NCBI GenBank assembly: GCA_051362555.1
Contig: CM120646.1
Coordinates: forward strand, 3,720,001-3,784,000
Reading direction: 5' to 3'
Length of the DNA stretch: 64,000 bases
Source: Lingula anatina
Taxonomy: Eukaryota; Animalia; Brachiopoda
The notes beneath the pieces are model-generated. The model was not told the origin of the DNA, searched no databases, and saw only the letters and a program-made list of their open reading frames with translations. The number at the start of each line of letters is the position of its first letter. Position 1 is the stretch's first letter. Made by a program: the position numbers and the translations under genes. Positions 13,934-27,119 of the stretch are shown here, in pieces.

Positions 13934-14233
13934 TTTACTTGCCTAATAGTATAAATGTTTCACATCAATATATATTACTGTATCATTAACTGCACTATTT
14001 TTATTGGAATATGAAAAAAATTCTGTTAACACGCCATTTCCCTTCATTTGCTTTCACTTACCTATCGCATTTTTATTTATTTTATTTTCTCATAAACTAC
14101 TTGTTGGTATTTACACTACATCAGATACCCTTTTAATAATAAGTTAATTGTTTTCTGAATATAAGATAATGGTAAACATTATGAAAAATAATGGTATTTC
14201 ATAATTGTAAAACAAAGACATTTTAGTATTTTA

Positions 14234-15352
14234 AACCCCCTTTACACTGGACGGCGTCCTTTCTGCGTCCTTTGTGCGACCATGAAACTGGCCAGGACGC
14301 CGTCGGAAGCTCAAAGAACGCACAGTGATCGCCAAAGTCGCACAAAGAACGTCCAAGCATCGCCGAGGACGCCATGAACGCCGCGAAGTTTTGAGCATGT
14401 TCAAAACAATCGCAGAGAGAACGCGATGGAGAATGGTCGCTCAATGGACGCAGAAAGAACGCACAAGCATCGCCGTGGTCGTAGAAAGGAGGCACAAGCA
14501 TTGCTTTGGTTGCAGAATGAAAACTCAAAGATCGTCCAGTGTTCGGCACGTAGAACATTATTTTCTTTCACTCTTAAACGGGGCCGTGCTGAGGTATTTT
14601 TCACCAGACAGGAATTCTAAGGGCAACAGTGGTCTCATATCAGCCTCCGATTGTTTTTTCCCCTAAAATTCATGAAACGATCCATTTTTTTTTTTTTTTT
14701 TTTTTGAGATTATTATAAAACGAATATTTTGCCTTTTTTACAAGATGCATTAATTGTCAGAACTTTTTGCAGAATGCGTCATTTGAAAACGGATTCAAAC
14801 ATTCTATGTTGTGTCAGTCATACTTTCTCGTTTTCGGCGCCTGTCCATCCTTCTTATAAGGATAACAATGAGCATCTGGCATCAGTACATGCAGACCTTG
14901 CATCACTATAGTTTAAAGCGTTTATTCCCATTTATTTGTTTTGTGTGCTGGAAATGTTCTTTATTGGATGACCTGGTTAGAACCGATGAAAAAATATGAG
15001 TAAGAATATAGAGAAGGACGCCCAAACAACGCTCATCGGTCAAGCAGGATGCAGAATGATCGTAGAATGGACGCCACTGATCGCCGATGAAGGTACAGAG
15101 AACGCAGCAAAAATGCTCAATGGTCGCTCAAACATCGCAATGGACGCCTTGGGTTGCACAGGGGACGTACAGTGGAGGCAGGCAGGTTTTACAGGTAAAA
15201 TCAAGATTCAGTCGTTCAAAGGACGCACAAGGGACGCAGACGCCTTTACACTGAGACACGATTTAATTGCTTTTGCGACCGTTGAGCGTCCTGACCACAT
15301 TTTTGAACGCAGAAGGGACGCAGAAAGGACGCCGTCCAGTGTAAAGGGGCCC
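14234..15352. mobile_element. Non-autonomous PIF/Harbinger-like DNA transposon, about 1.1 kb
   Basis: Perfect 34-bp TIR cccctttacactggacggcgtcctttctgcgtcc (14237-14270 vs 15316-15349). TTA flanks at 14231-33 and 15353-55. GC-rich subterminal arrays of gacgc/atcgc/aacgc motifs. No transposase ORF. Confidence 0.88.
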
Positions 15353-16439
15353 TTAGCAAGGGAATGCAACGCATGGCGAAAGTATTGTCCTTTTACGTCA
15401 GTTTTGCTTCACACTTGCCTCGCACGTGTGGTGATGTACTGACGGCGTACGTCAGTTTTGCTTCCTGTTCCCCTTTTTCTACTATGTAAGCTTCTTTCTC
15501 TTGCCATTTGGAGGCATATTAGTAACTAAATTGAACAAAAAATTTGAACATTTTGAAAATTGTTGTACACGTTACACAGTCGACGTTCACTGTAAAGGCA
15601 CGAGCGTACACCAGGCGTGGGGGTGACGCACGTGCGACACATTCCCAGTGTGCTCTCAACTTTGTTCGTTAGTTGTGAGGACGTGCGCCTTACTCAACAT
15701 GCAAAGGGCACTTGCTCCTTCATTGCTTGCGACGTGAGTCTTGCACAACGCGCGTCTCTCTTACTATCTCCGGGCGAGGGGAGCAAGTTACGCTTGCGGC
15801 CTCGCTGTTTGCAGGCTATTCGTAGAATCTTTAAGACATGCCCAACATCCTCCGTACGTGAGATTTTGCGCAAAATTTGGACGCAAACAGCCCGTAAGAG
15901 CTCGTACGGCCGGTTGTGACCGAGACCTATATTGAATTGCAACTAATTACCATTAAAACGCGCTCTCATGGCACTTACATGTTTGTACTTGTAAAATGTC
16001 GATATTTTAAATTTATAAAGAGTGACACTTAGTTTATAAAAGTGACATATGTACATATGTATCTATTAACCCTGAAATAATGATGTTGTATTTGGTTAAA
16101 AGCGCTAGATAGCGAACGACCGAACTTTCTCAGCAGATTTTTTGAAACAGTTTACGTATGCCAGGCAGATTGTTACCTTTATATTTTCATGTTGTGGTTA
16201 AAGCCAGGCCATGATATATAGATATATATTTTAATGGTACCAGTAGGTGTAACGACAGTATTGAGCCCTTTACATGTTACAGCATTTGTCAAAGTCAAGG
16301 AACAGATTCAGTGCTATGGACTATGAAATATTCCTACAGTATAGGCATTTTGGCGTAAAAACTTTCTTTACTGTTTTCTCTACTTTTTGAACCCTCCATT
16401 TCAAGAAAAATTACTTTGCTGTGTGACGTCACATTGCTT

Positions 16440-16770
16440 GGGCGTGGGATGATACCCTAACTATGACAACATGTTTGAATTGAAAATGGCAAAATCATTG
16501 GAAAAATATCCCTCATTTTACTTCAAAATTCTTACCTTGTTAGGTTTCACGAAAAGTGAGGAACACTGAAATCGCCTCTCGGGTCTTCAAAAAGTGCTAT
16601 GTCGACCTCAATCTTAAGACTCCGACTTCTTACGCTCTGCCGATGTTACTGATATATGAACACAGTGATGAGACTGCCAACGTGTAAAATGTCACGATCA
16701 GTTTGCGCATGCACTCATCCCCAGAAATGCACTGCATGACGTCACGCTTAGCCCACTGCGCATGCGTGCA
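16440..16770 (-). promoter_or_regulatory. Putative non-coding first exon and promoter of CARNS1-like copy 1
   Basis: The block 16440-16710 is conserved with 28355-28625. It contains a minus-strand donor (AAG|GTAAGA near 16531-16539). NRF1-like TGCGCATGC motifs (near 16704 and 16757) and a CRE TGACGTCA (16737-16744) lie just upstream. Confidence 0.45.
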
Positions 16771-18226
16771 CTTTTAATGAGTTGCTAGATTGACATAGGA
16801 AAAAGAATGGGTTCGCGATTCGTGGGCAATTCGTGATAATTGACAAACTAACGGCCTGATGCCGATAGACAGCAACGCTGTGCTATGCTTCAAGCAACTC
16901 CTGACCAAATATCGCCAGGGTTTTTAAAAAAATTCTGTTGTACACACATACTAAGAAGTTTGTCGTGTATTGCATAGCCTACCCTCAGCAAAACGCACAT
17001 ATTTTCTGAAATAGTGATTTTAGACGGTATATTCACTCAGAAACAAAGGCAAACTAATTCGTTGCCGATAGCACCAGCAGATAGCAGCATCATACAGAGT
17101 CTGATTAAAAACTTTCATGGCAATTGAAGAACTTTTACCACTGTAGCACTTGTCACAAATGTGAAACTGCCCAGTGCAAGGCCAAGAATTCAATCAGTAT
17201 TTTCAATCATATTATCAGATTCTACATAAATTGACTGACAATATCACTACTCAGTATTAATTAATCTCTTAATCCAAAATTCCTATCATCATTTAATAAT
17301 AATGGAAAATTCTTCTTTCAGATTGCTATTTATTTTAAATTTTAATGCTGCAACTGTTCCAAAATAATCTTGTAGTAAAGGAAAAATAAGAAGTGGAAGA
17401 CCAATTTTACCCAATTTAATTATTTGAATATAAAAAGAATAAGATCACGATTTAACAAATTAAAATAATCTTTCATGAACTCTTTCATGAATAACATATT
17501 AAACAAAATTAAAGTTATAAATTAGTGGTAATGGCTTATTCTGGAATATATGACCTCTGCACATCATCAGTACCTGACTTGGTACAGTATAGTTACTACT
17601 TGGATACAGAGTTAGATTTAATAATGTAACAATAAGAACAATATATATATTACAATAAACTTCTCTGCACATGTCAGACGCTTGTTACCATGAACTAGCA
17701 CTACTTGACAATGGGCTGAGCACTTATCACAGAGTCTGTGTGCGATGCCATTGTTGTGCTGTGATTGGCTAGTTGAGTCACGTGAAGCCCTACTGTAGCT
17801 CCCTCGCGTATCGCGTGAATGCTGCGCATTTCAGGCCATGACACACTTTAGAACCATGCAGGTGACACAATCGGCTTTATGTAATTTGGAGATGTATATT
17901 TCCACAAAAACATGAACTTAAAGGAGAATGGTCATATAAAATTCAATTTCTCGAATTCTGAAGATCCAGCACTTAATCTATACACTACAGTTATGTCTTA
18001 ATCGATCCCCGCCATTTAAAAATTATAAAAACAATCTATTAGTAGAAAAAAAAAGCGTTTTAGTAAACCTCACCTCAATATGCAAAAATGAAGCAACAGA
18101 TCTGGGTCACGTGTTACAATGACGACAATCACGATAAAGGACTCTGAGACTCAGCTGAGCTGCACGGTGCATACAGACAGAGAAGTTTAGGAAAGTTGTA
18201 TTGAACGGAGTTGAGCAATTTTCGTT

Positions 18227-18408
18227 ATGCCTCAGTGTGTTGCCGTGGGTTTGAGGACCCAGGTTTGAGGAAAACATGGACAGTCAAATTGAAAAGGGAA
18301 AACTTCACACCTACTGATCGCTCGAGGCTTTGCTCTGACCATTTTGAAAAAAACGCATACGAGCGTGATCCTGAGCTTATGTCACGATTGGGCATGGCCA
18401 AATCCTAA
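18227..18408 (+). pseudogene. THAP zinc-finger relic of a transposase
   Basis: MPQCVAVG start, then a frameshift/deletion into DPGLRKTWTVKLKRENFTPTDRSRLCSDHFE. The W...P...LCSxHF pattern is the THAP signature. Confidence 0.8.
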
Positions 18409-19577
18409 ATGCTGAAAAATGTTATATATTTATTTGTATATCGGAATGAGTCAAAATTATTTCCTTTTCTGTATTTAAGGTAAATGTAGGCCTACGAGTC
18501 AGTGTACAGTCGCAATACGACCTGTCACAAAATGAAGTCCTGTGTTAAATAGCAATCGCAAGCTTTTGCCCCAAGCCTATAAGTGGAAAATTTACATGTG
18601 ACAACTCTTTGGCAATGTTTCCATGGGTTAATAGGACAGAGAAGTTACATTAAAAGTACCGGTACATTTCGGTGTCGATGAAAATGTTTTCAGTAAGGAA
18701 AAACACCTTGTACTGGGTTGTTGTTATGTTATTGTGCCCGAGGCACTTCCTCATCCTGGCGTTTCCCTCCAAGGCTGCAGTTATTTTGTTTGATCTGTTT
18801 GTTATCAAGTGTATATCTAGAATCTGCCAGTGAGCTAACTGGTCTTGCTCCTAACAGCCATAATTACTGTTTCTGCTGGTAAGCACTGATAAAATCACTG
18901 ATTACCACACCTGCAAAGGTGTCTGGACAGATTTTAAAAACCAATTCAGTACTATTCAATAGCTGTCACAGACAAGATTCAAAACATGTAGGTCTGGAAA
19001 CAAGCTGAAACAATGTGCCTCGTGAACTAATCACAGCCCAGGTGTTGATCGAGACAGGTGTTGTTTATTGCGTTATATGTTAGTTTTTTAAATTAAGTCT
19101 GAACTTAGGCAGCTTTTTAAATCGGCTTTCTCACCCCCCCCCCCCTCCAGCTTTGAAAAAAGAAAAAGAAAAATATGTTAATAAATCAATACATTTTAAG
19201 TTGACATACAAAAACAGACTGTATGCTGCTGTGCAATAAATTGATTTAAAAATAAAGGACAGTGAAAAGGTGCCGAAGCTTTTACTTTTTTTTACTTATG
19301 TCTTCATTATTGCCAAGAAAAGGTGGCAAAAGCATTTCATTCCTATTCATTTTGATTCATTCCTAAATATTTGGGGAAAAGATTCTGTCTTGGATGTTTC
19401 TCAATGTCATGTTGCTATTACAATATTTCTGTTGCTAACTGCTATAGATGTAGGGCAAAATTGGGTTGAGTTTCTTACCCATAATAATGGTTATTAAAAA
19501 AGCACATGTTTTATTAGGAGAAAATTAACATATAAAGGTTAGATCTTGAAAAATATGTTAAAGTGAATTTAAATATT

Positions 19578-19742
19578 TTAATTCTCCTCAGACTCGTCGA
19601 CTGAAAAATCTCCGTCAACCTCCGATACCTCGTAATGCTGACTTTCGGCGTCACTTTCAGAATCCGTAGACTCTTCTGAGTAATGTATCATTGGTTCAAA
19701 CTGGTATAGAGAAATTTCGAGGTCAGTTACAAGGTCTTTCAT
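19578..19742 (-). pseudogene. N-terminal relic of a KolX-like accessory protein
   Basis: MKDLVTDLEISLYQFEP followed by an acidic Ser/Glu/Asp tract. It is convergent with the THAP relic inside the TTAA-flanked element. Confidence 0.5.
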
Positions 19743-20716
19743 CCCAAATGTCGAATGATTAAAATGCGCTCTAGTCACTCGACTACAGTATTTTATACTA
19801 GTTTGGATAACCATAATTAAATGCTAGTTAAAAATTGAATAGACAGGAAAATGGCTTTACATGGCTTCACACGGCTTCAAGAGGAGTAAGACCCTACTGA
19901 TAAGAGATTTGAATGAGTATGAACTTTTGTCAGGTGTCAAAAAGTCATCTTACAGGTAGACAATGCAGCTCAGTTTAACAGCTAAGCACGCTCTATTCTC
20001 CAGTGGCTCGATTGTCGTCATCGGACCACGTGACAACGTAGCTCATTAATTCTCAGGCCGAGCAAATAGGACGTTTTTTAAAGCCAAAAATTTACAAAAT
20101 GAGCTTTTAATTTGTGTATTTGGGTAAAGATATCGTTAGTTGGGTATGTTTTCTGAAGAATATGTTCCGTTCAGGCCATTCTGGCGGTAAGACGCAAATC
20201 CTTTAAAGATAATTTAAATTATCAACATAGGTGTGTCGATTTGATATTCCTAGATGTATGGTTATGTTATCTATTGTAAACGAATTCACATTATAATACG
20301 CTTTGTATTTAGTACATTTCCCCGGTATAAAGCTAGTGATTCTCTCTATAGAGAGATGTGTTCACATGTGTGACATAACTTTCCCCATATATTCAAACGC
20401 CCTAATATTGTACATGCATTCAGTTCAACGACATGGACTATCCAGACCATGTTGTTATCAAGGTTTTTTACCATTTATCTCCAGTTTTCACAGCTATCAA
20501 TGTTATTAACGTTTTCAAGGTTATCATGTTACAAGTTTATATGAAATCAGTTTTTAAGTTTTAAGTTTATGGAGTTTCTTGAAATATGCAATCTATGAAC
20601 TCCAAAAACGATTCATCTGTTTTTAATCCACGGTTATGGTACAGTTACCTCGTATGTTCTTCTGAAGACCCTTTTTGCCACCTAAAAATCTTAAGCAAAC
20701 TGAGTATATTCTTCGG

Positions 20717-20763
20717 ATATAATATAATATAATATAATATAATATAATATAATATAATATAAT
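20717..20763. repeat. (AATAT)n pentanucleotide microsatellite
   Basis: About 9 units seen directly. Confidence 0.9.
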
Positions 20764-21612
20764 TTGTGACAATATATAGACTTTTTCAAGCACTGACGAG
20801 CACAAAGAAAAATTGACCTTTTATACTCTATGTATCATATCGCAACTATTTCTGATTTACGCTAAATGTATCCAAACAAATCAGGCCGCAAAAGCAATAT
20901 TTTTATTTGACACTTAATCCTGACATAAATTCTCCGTCTAAATTATTTTGTTTATTTTAAGAAAAAATTAATTTCTGTGCCACCTTTCATGAAGTACAAC
21001 ATGAAATAAACATAATAAAATGCCATCCACATGTAGCAGTGCGCCGGTCACAACCAATAATGCCGTTGCGCCATTTAGCCATATAGCGTATTATAGTACA
21101 ATAAAGATTACATACCTCGGAATTAAAAAAAAAAGACTACCGATCCTATGTTTGCCCCTCTATGTACTGCTTAATGCCCACATCCACATTGCAATGTTTG
21201 TTAAAAGGGCACCACTAGTAGTACTACATGTATTATAACCTGTACTAGTGCGACTAATACTAAAAACAATGATCACGTAGGAGGGGAATAAACAGGCGTT
21301 GACAGTACAGTAAGAATGAAAAGTGGAAAAGTTGCAGTGTCTTGGGTTTTACTCAAGTATGCTAGCTATTAAACTACTGTAGCAGAAATCAAGGGTTATG
21401 GAGACAGAGTCTGTCAAGGAAAGAAGTTTTCATCTGTGATAATGGTGCAATTAACAACATTGTAAAACGCATAAAACAACCTTGGTTGTCGCTCATTCAA
21501 TTATGTTGTAGTTACTTATCTACGCTGATATTTAATGAATTTGTGTTAAAATGCATTCTGATAGTTTCCATTGAAACACAACCTGCATTCCTTACGGTTG
21601 CGTCACTGTCTT

Positions 21613-23478
21613 TCATGGCCAAGATAACTCCACGAAAGGGGACAGAAAGCGTTCCACTGGATACTGTTGGTTGTTTATCCCATATTTCCTGCAAACTGCC
21701 AACATCTTTTTCTTCGCTTCATCTACAGATTTCCCCCTTACAGCTACATGACATAACGGCTTCTCAAAGGGCTCATTTTCTTCCAAGTTGGGCTCTATTG
21801 GAAAGAAAATTATTTCCCCTTTATCATGAGCCTCAGCAAGGATTTCCGGTGTTGCAATGCCCGGTCGCGATAGTGCCTTGGCGTGGGCTGTTGTGGTACA
21901 CATGACCCCTATGAGCTGGCACATTGGCTCCAATGGTCGGACGCTGGGTTGTATCCCACATGCAATTAAGAAATTTAGGAAAAGGATATCCGTATCAAAG
22001 ATGGCGAGTATCCAGTTCCGGTAATGGTATCCAGTCATTCTACCGTTGATCTCAGTCAATTTTGGTCCCGTGGGTGTCATTTTAAACTCAATATTATACA
22101 CACCATCAGTGAGACCAACTGCTCTAACACACTGCTCTGTGGCCGTTACCAGCTGTCGTTGCTTGTCAAGGGGTAAACATGACGGCATACACGATGAAGT
22201 CTGGATAAAAAACGGAAAGCGGGTAGGTCCACAATCAGAGATGAATGCCGCTAAAATCTTCCCTCGAAACATGACGATATCGACTCCATGCTTGGTTCCC
22301 AGTGCATACTCGGCTAGGTGCATTTCGTTGCCGTAACAATTTACTAAGGCCTTTTCGTCCTCAGCTTTTAAGATTTTCTGAACGGCGTTGAAGGACTTCA
22401 GACATTCTGTCTCGTCTTTGACAAGGCACACTCCAAGAGAACCTGTCCCGTATTCTGGCTTCAACAGTGCTGGATACTGAATAATATTTGACGATCCCTT
22501 CACATCTTCAGGTTGGATAATATTGCGTGTACTGACTGCATAAACATTTGCGTTTGGCAGAGGAGAGCTCCTGACTGTAGATTCCATTAAAACTTTTTGA
22601 GTAAGACTTTTCTTCTTAGTCTTTCTTGAAGCTTCAGGCGTATTACCAGGTAGGTGCAGTGCCTCGCATACGAGAGCCGTCAGAGGAACGTATTCGTCAA
22701 CAACGGTCATGCACCCGTCTACGACTAGGCCTTGTGTGCGAATTATTTGGACAACTCTCTTGGCAATTTCCTCGTCATGACTTACGTCTTCTATGTCACA
22801 TTGGATAAACTTGTATACACTTTGAACTGCACTGTGATTAGGATCCGGTTCAATCAAAATTATCTAAAATGTGTGAGAAACACGCACATAAATATCCGTT
22901 TAAAAAATGCCTTGACACTTTTCTAATAGCCAAACAATTAGTTCGGATACAGATGAAAATTTTAAACGGTGAATGTATACCAGAAGTAAATAGTCTGTAA
23001 ATTGAACAAATCATTTAAACTGGATATTATTTTTCGATTAACCAATAAATAAATGAATAAATAAGTACATGAAATAAAATGAAATAAAATAAAATAAAAA
23101 CAAATTTGTATACCGCTTGTTGAAAACATTTACCTTCACAAAGTAATTATCGGCAGCTTCCCAGACAAACTTTTTGTTTATTCCATTTCCTCCGCCAATT
23201 ACAAGAATTTGCTTTCCTTGGAGAAGGAACCGCTGACTACGGTTAACCATGGTTCTCACTAAGGGTCGAACGCAACTTCCAAGCTTGACCGGGTTTTGAA
23301 ACTCGTAGGTCTGCGTGTTCGCGATGGTTTTCCTGCCATTATTGATGCTTACAACCACGGCGTCATAACTGCTGTCTTCTTGATGTGTCAAGACAAAATT
23401 GACACCTGAAATATATAAAAATACATCTTATCAATTTGCAATCAAGACAAAGTGAGACGATTGTGTTGCATTGTTCGT

Positions 23479-23543
<65 letters not shown>

Positions 23544-26012
23544 GGGGTAATCCAAGTTAATACAGAATGTTTAAAATATTGATTTTAAAGATATTCATGC
23601 ACACGATGTTGTTTAAAGTAACTTAATCCCTGATTTACCTATTATGCCTATTTCTGACAAAAAACTTCCGCGTTTCTCTTTGTTCATACTGTCCTCGTGC
23701 TTCATCCAAATGTCCAATATGTCCTCCGCCTTTTTCTTGATCATTGAACGGATCTGTAAATCACATAAATGATAACTAATTTATATCTCCACATTTTTTT
23801 TCTTTGGGGGGGGGGCGTAAATATGATACTCCAACGTCAATCGCTATTTCCTGTGAAAACTGACAAAGAACACTGGAAACAATTGATCTAACTAATAAAC
23901 ATCCCTGCATTAACATAAATCAACTCGAAACGACAAAAGTTTCCAGTTAGAATATATTGCTTCATAGACGAACATTTTCAATTTTGGATCGGTCTTGTAA
24001 CCCCCAATGAACTAGAAAGCTTTCCAGTGACACTGGTAAAGTGTTGTCACAATGAAGCGTTCTGTCCGCGTGACCAACGCCGCAGAAGATGTCTGAAACC
24101 AGCTGATTCCCGTTGGGAGTGCAGCAGACGAAAGCTCGGATTGTGCAGGACAACTCCTTGCTTTTGATGCCGACTAAAATGAATAATGTGCACTTATAGT
24201 ATTTCTTTCATAAATTTATAAGGAGAAAAAACAATGCTAATTAAGCTGTTGTGTGATCCCGTTATGAGTAACATCATGTACGTGATATAATATAGTTTAG
24301 CGCAACCATAATATTAACTGATTATGCATAGTTTTAGAAACAGATAGTTTTAGAAACGATATAATTTTGCTGTTTCTAATACCGAAACGTACCTGCCTGT
24401 TCCTCGTAGTCAAGATGAGGGACTGGTAATTGTTCAAGGGTCTCACAAAATGCCTCCACAATGATGCTCTCCCCCTCTTCCAGAACATGTAGACCTTGAC
24501 ACATGGCGCTGTAAACGCCAGCTTGGTCATGGGCAGAATGGTAGGTCACTCTTCGTGAAGCATGTACGCCTACTTTGACAACTACCTAGACAATAAAAAG
24601 TTATTTTTATGATTCAAATGAAAGTGAATTTTGTAAAAAAAAATAAATGAATAAATAAATAAAACAGCGCCTATTCTCTTTTGTTTATATTGAAAGAGAG
24701 AGAGAGAAAGGAGAATTGTTAATATAAACCTTTTTCATCCTTTTTCCAAGCAAGGAACTAATAAATACAGCCAGTTCATTTTTGATCTTTTCTCTTCCGT
24801 CTTCTTTATTTTCAATAGCGACCACATAAATATTGCGTCTCTCCTGGTTATAAGGTATTCGTGATCTGTACACAAATGCCAGCGTATCGGGATAGGCAAC
24901 ACCAGCGTCCGCAACCAGACTACGAGTGAGAATTCGATCATCCAAACACTTCATCAAATCTTGCGTGACTCCAAGTGGGCAATCTAAATCTTTTTCATAG
25001 TCCACATTGTAACTGCGCATGCAAACACTGCTTTTCTCATCATCTGCAATAGGATGTATTTCATGTTTTGGCTAGAAAACTTAATCCAGAACATGAAGAC
25101 AATGGAATCGTCGGGTTTAGGAATGCACAGAATCATATAATTACATATAAAGTTGCATGAGTAAATAGAAAGATATACAGTGGAAATATACAATTAAATG
25201 AAAAAGATACTTGAAACAATTAATTAATGAGACAATAAAATTGTGGTAAGATAAAAAAAATGAATTACATATTGATAGGTCTCGACAATGTATGCGAAAA
25301 ATGAATTATCAAACAAACAGAAAGCTGAATGACTAAATACACGATAACAGCTATTGTCACATGATGTAATATTTAACTTCTGGATATTATACCTGTAGCA
25401 AGGTTTATGAAGTAAGTGACACGACGAGGTGGAATGAAGATGTCCAAAAATGTTCGACCACAAGAGTCAAATGTGACAGCCTTGTGTACTCGTAAGGTTT
25501 GCAGATCTCCTTCATTGGTGGATTCTTTCTGAAGCCATGTTAAAGAGGGTACCAGTAACATACCACCAGGACACTGCTTCCCACCCTCTAAACACAGGTT
25601 CAGACAGGTGAGAGGTTCCCCCAGTACCACCATCGTGATCTCTTCAATCGTAGACTTTGATCGCGGATTCTGTAAACATTTGTGGTGTGGTTTAAGAGGA
25701 TCTTATGTACCATCATTATTTTTAATAGCAAAGTAACTGTCCTCAAACTCGACACTGCATGATTTATTCATTATACATATCTTTTTTTTACAAAAACGAA
25801 ATATTTATTGAATACATGAAAAGGTAAATGTACATTTTTAACATCAGAAGACAATTTACTTCCATTCTGAATAAACTTATGGTAATATGAAATTTTCAAA
25901 TTACCTGCGTTCTCTCTACGGTTTCTGGCAGGTCGTAAAATCCTAGTCCTTGATGCAAATCTTGCCAAAACTGACTTTTCTTGATTTCCTCGCCCAAAGA
26001 GCAGTGGTCCAT
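21613..26012 (-). CDS. CARNS1: Carnosine synthase 1-like ATP-grasp ligase, copy 2 (909 aa, intact)
   Basis: Exons 25905-26012, 25393-25669, 24730-25043, 24393-24585, 23974-24173, 23639-23753, 23134-23405, 21613-22863. They total 2730 nt, all GT-AG and in frame, from MDHCSLGEE to SPFVELSWP*. Confidence 0.93.
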
Positions 26013-26302
26013 TTTACTTGCTTAATAGTATAAATTTTCATATCAATATATATTACTGTATCATTTACTGCACTATATTTATTGGAATATGCAATATCTT
26101 CTGTTAACACGCCATTTCCCTTCATTTGCTTTCACTCACCTATCACATTTCTATTTATTTTCTCACAAAATACTTGTTGGCATTTAGACCACACCAGATG
26201 CCCTTTTAATAATAAGTTAAATGTTTTCTGAATAGAAGACAAAGGATATACATTATGAAAAATAATGATATTTAATAATTGTAAAACAAAGAAATTTTAG
26301 TA

Positions 26303-26532
26303 TTTTAACCTCTGATAAGAAGGTTATGTTTTTGGTTCTGTTAGTTGTAACGCGTTCTCTGCGTCGAAGATACACAAGCAGTAATAATAATGTCTTGACC
26401 TGTCATACATTCATTAGGTCTACTTTGTCTTTTTCAAACGTGTTCGTTAGCACATACTAGTAACATCAGGTTACTATAATTTTTCAAGGTAAAGTCCTTG
26501 GCAGCGTTTGCGCTTTCTGATTGCTTTTCTAG
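26303..26532 (+). mobile_element. Degenerate HINE/DINE-1-like element
   Basis: The 5' end ttttaacctctgataagaaggttatgtttttggttctgttagt and the 3' end ccttggcagcgtttgcgctttctgattgcttttctag both resemble the ends of the element at 30897-32710. Confidence 0.7.
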
Positions 26533-26770
26533 TTTACAATACTGATTATAATAATAATGATTTTATTTACGTCTCATGTTTGAAAATAAAACCCACCCTA
26601 TTAAGGGCTATGAGAGAGTAAAACCTGGAATAGTAAAGTTAAAATTCATAAAAGTTCTTTAAAACAAATTAAGTATTAATTAAACACATAAAAAAGATAT
26701 TATATATACAACTTTGCAATCCCTCTTGTCGTTATAAGACTTATTTCTCTTTCACATCATTGTGTGTACT

Positions 26771-27119
26771 TTTTTGCTGTCTTAAATTATGTCTGGTCAT
26801 ACTGCATAAGAAATTTTAACTTTTCATTGTCATTAAATGCATTTAAGTGTTATTCAACATGAATTGCAATTTTAAAAAGCATTCAAATGTTCTTCAACGT
26901 GAATTGCAAAGTAAAAAAGGTCTTTTCTAATGTCCTTGTAGAGTGTGCCATTGCGTGTAGTTGTTTTGCTGTCTTAAATTGTACCTGGTCATACTGCGTA
27001 AGAAATTTTAACTTCTCATTGTCATTAAATGTATTTAAGTGTTGTTCAACATGAATTGCAAAATAAAAAGCATTCAAGTGTTCCTTAACATGAATTGCAA
27101 AGTTAAATAGGTCTTCTCT
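26771..27119. repeat. Tandem repeat, about 192 bp period x2, with about 38 bp subunits
   Basis: ttttgctgtcttaaatt...catactgc.taagaa recurs near 26771 and 26963. The subunit ttcaacatgaattgcaa recurs four times with variants. Confidence 0.8.

Larger units (their letters stand above)
17922..20202 (+). mobile_element. Kolobok-like DNA transposon deletion derivative
   Basis: TTAA TSD at 17918-21 and 20203-06. AG...CT termini with an imperfect TIR (aggagaatggtc / gacgcaaatcct). A 25-bp subterminal inverted motif at 18106-18130 vs 20010-20034 matches 22/25. The paralogous empty site is near 30790-30856. THAP relic on the + strand and an acidic YQFEP relic on the - strand. Confidence 0.8.

Noticed and set aside
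14300-14480. Recurring short motifs (aacgc/atcgcc) resembling an array
   Set aside because: The spacing is irregular and the motifs are degenerate, inside a TIR element in eukaryotic DNA. This is not a CRISPR array.
14223-15442. Several 60-148 aa ORFs on both strands
   Set aside because: They lie within the GC-rich subterminal repeats of the Harbinger-like element and have no recognisable protein motifs.
15365-15960. GC-rich segment with ORFs 15617-15942
   Set aside because: Probably a TE fragment, but I could not define a TIR, TSD or protein motif.
25943-26125. ORF MKGNGVLTE... as the CARNS1-like start
   Set aside because: It is in the wrong frame and ends in TAG. The ATG at 26012 gives a 108-nt exon conserved in all three copies.
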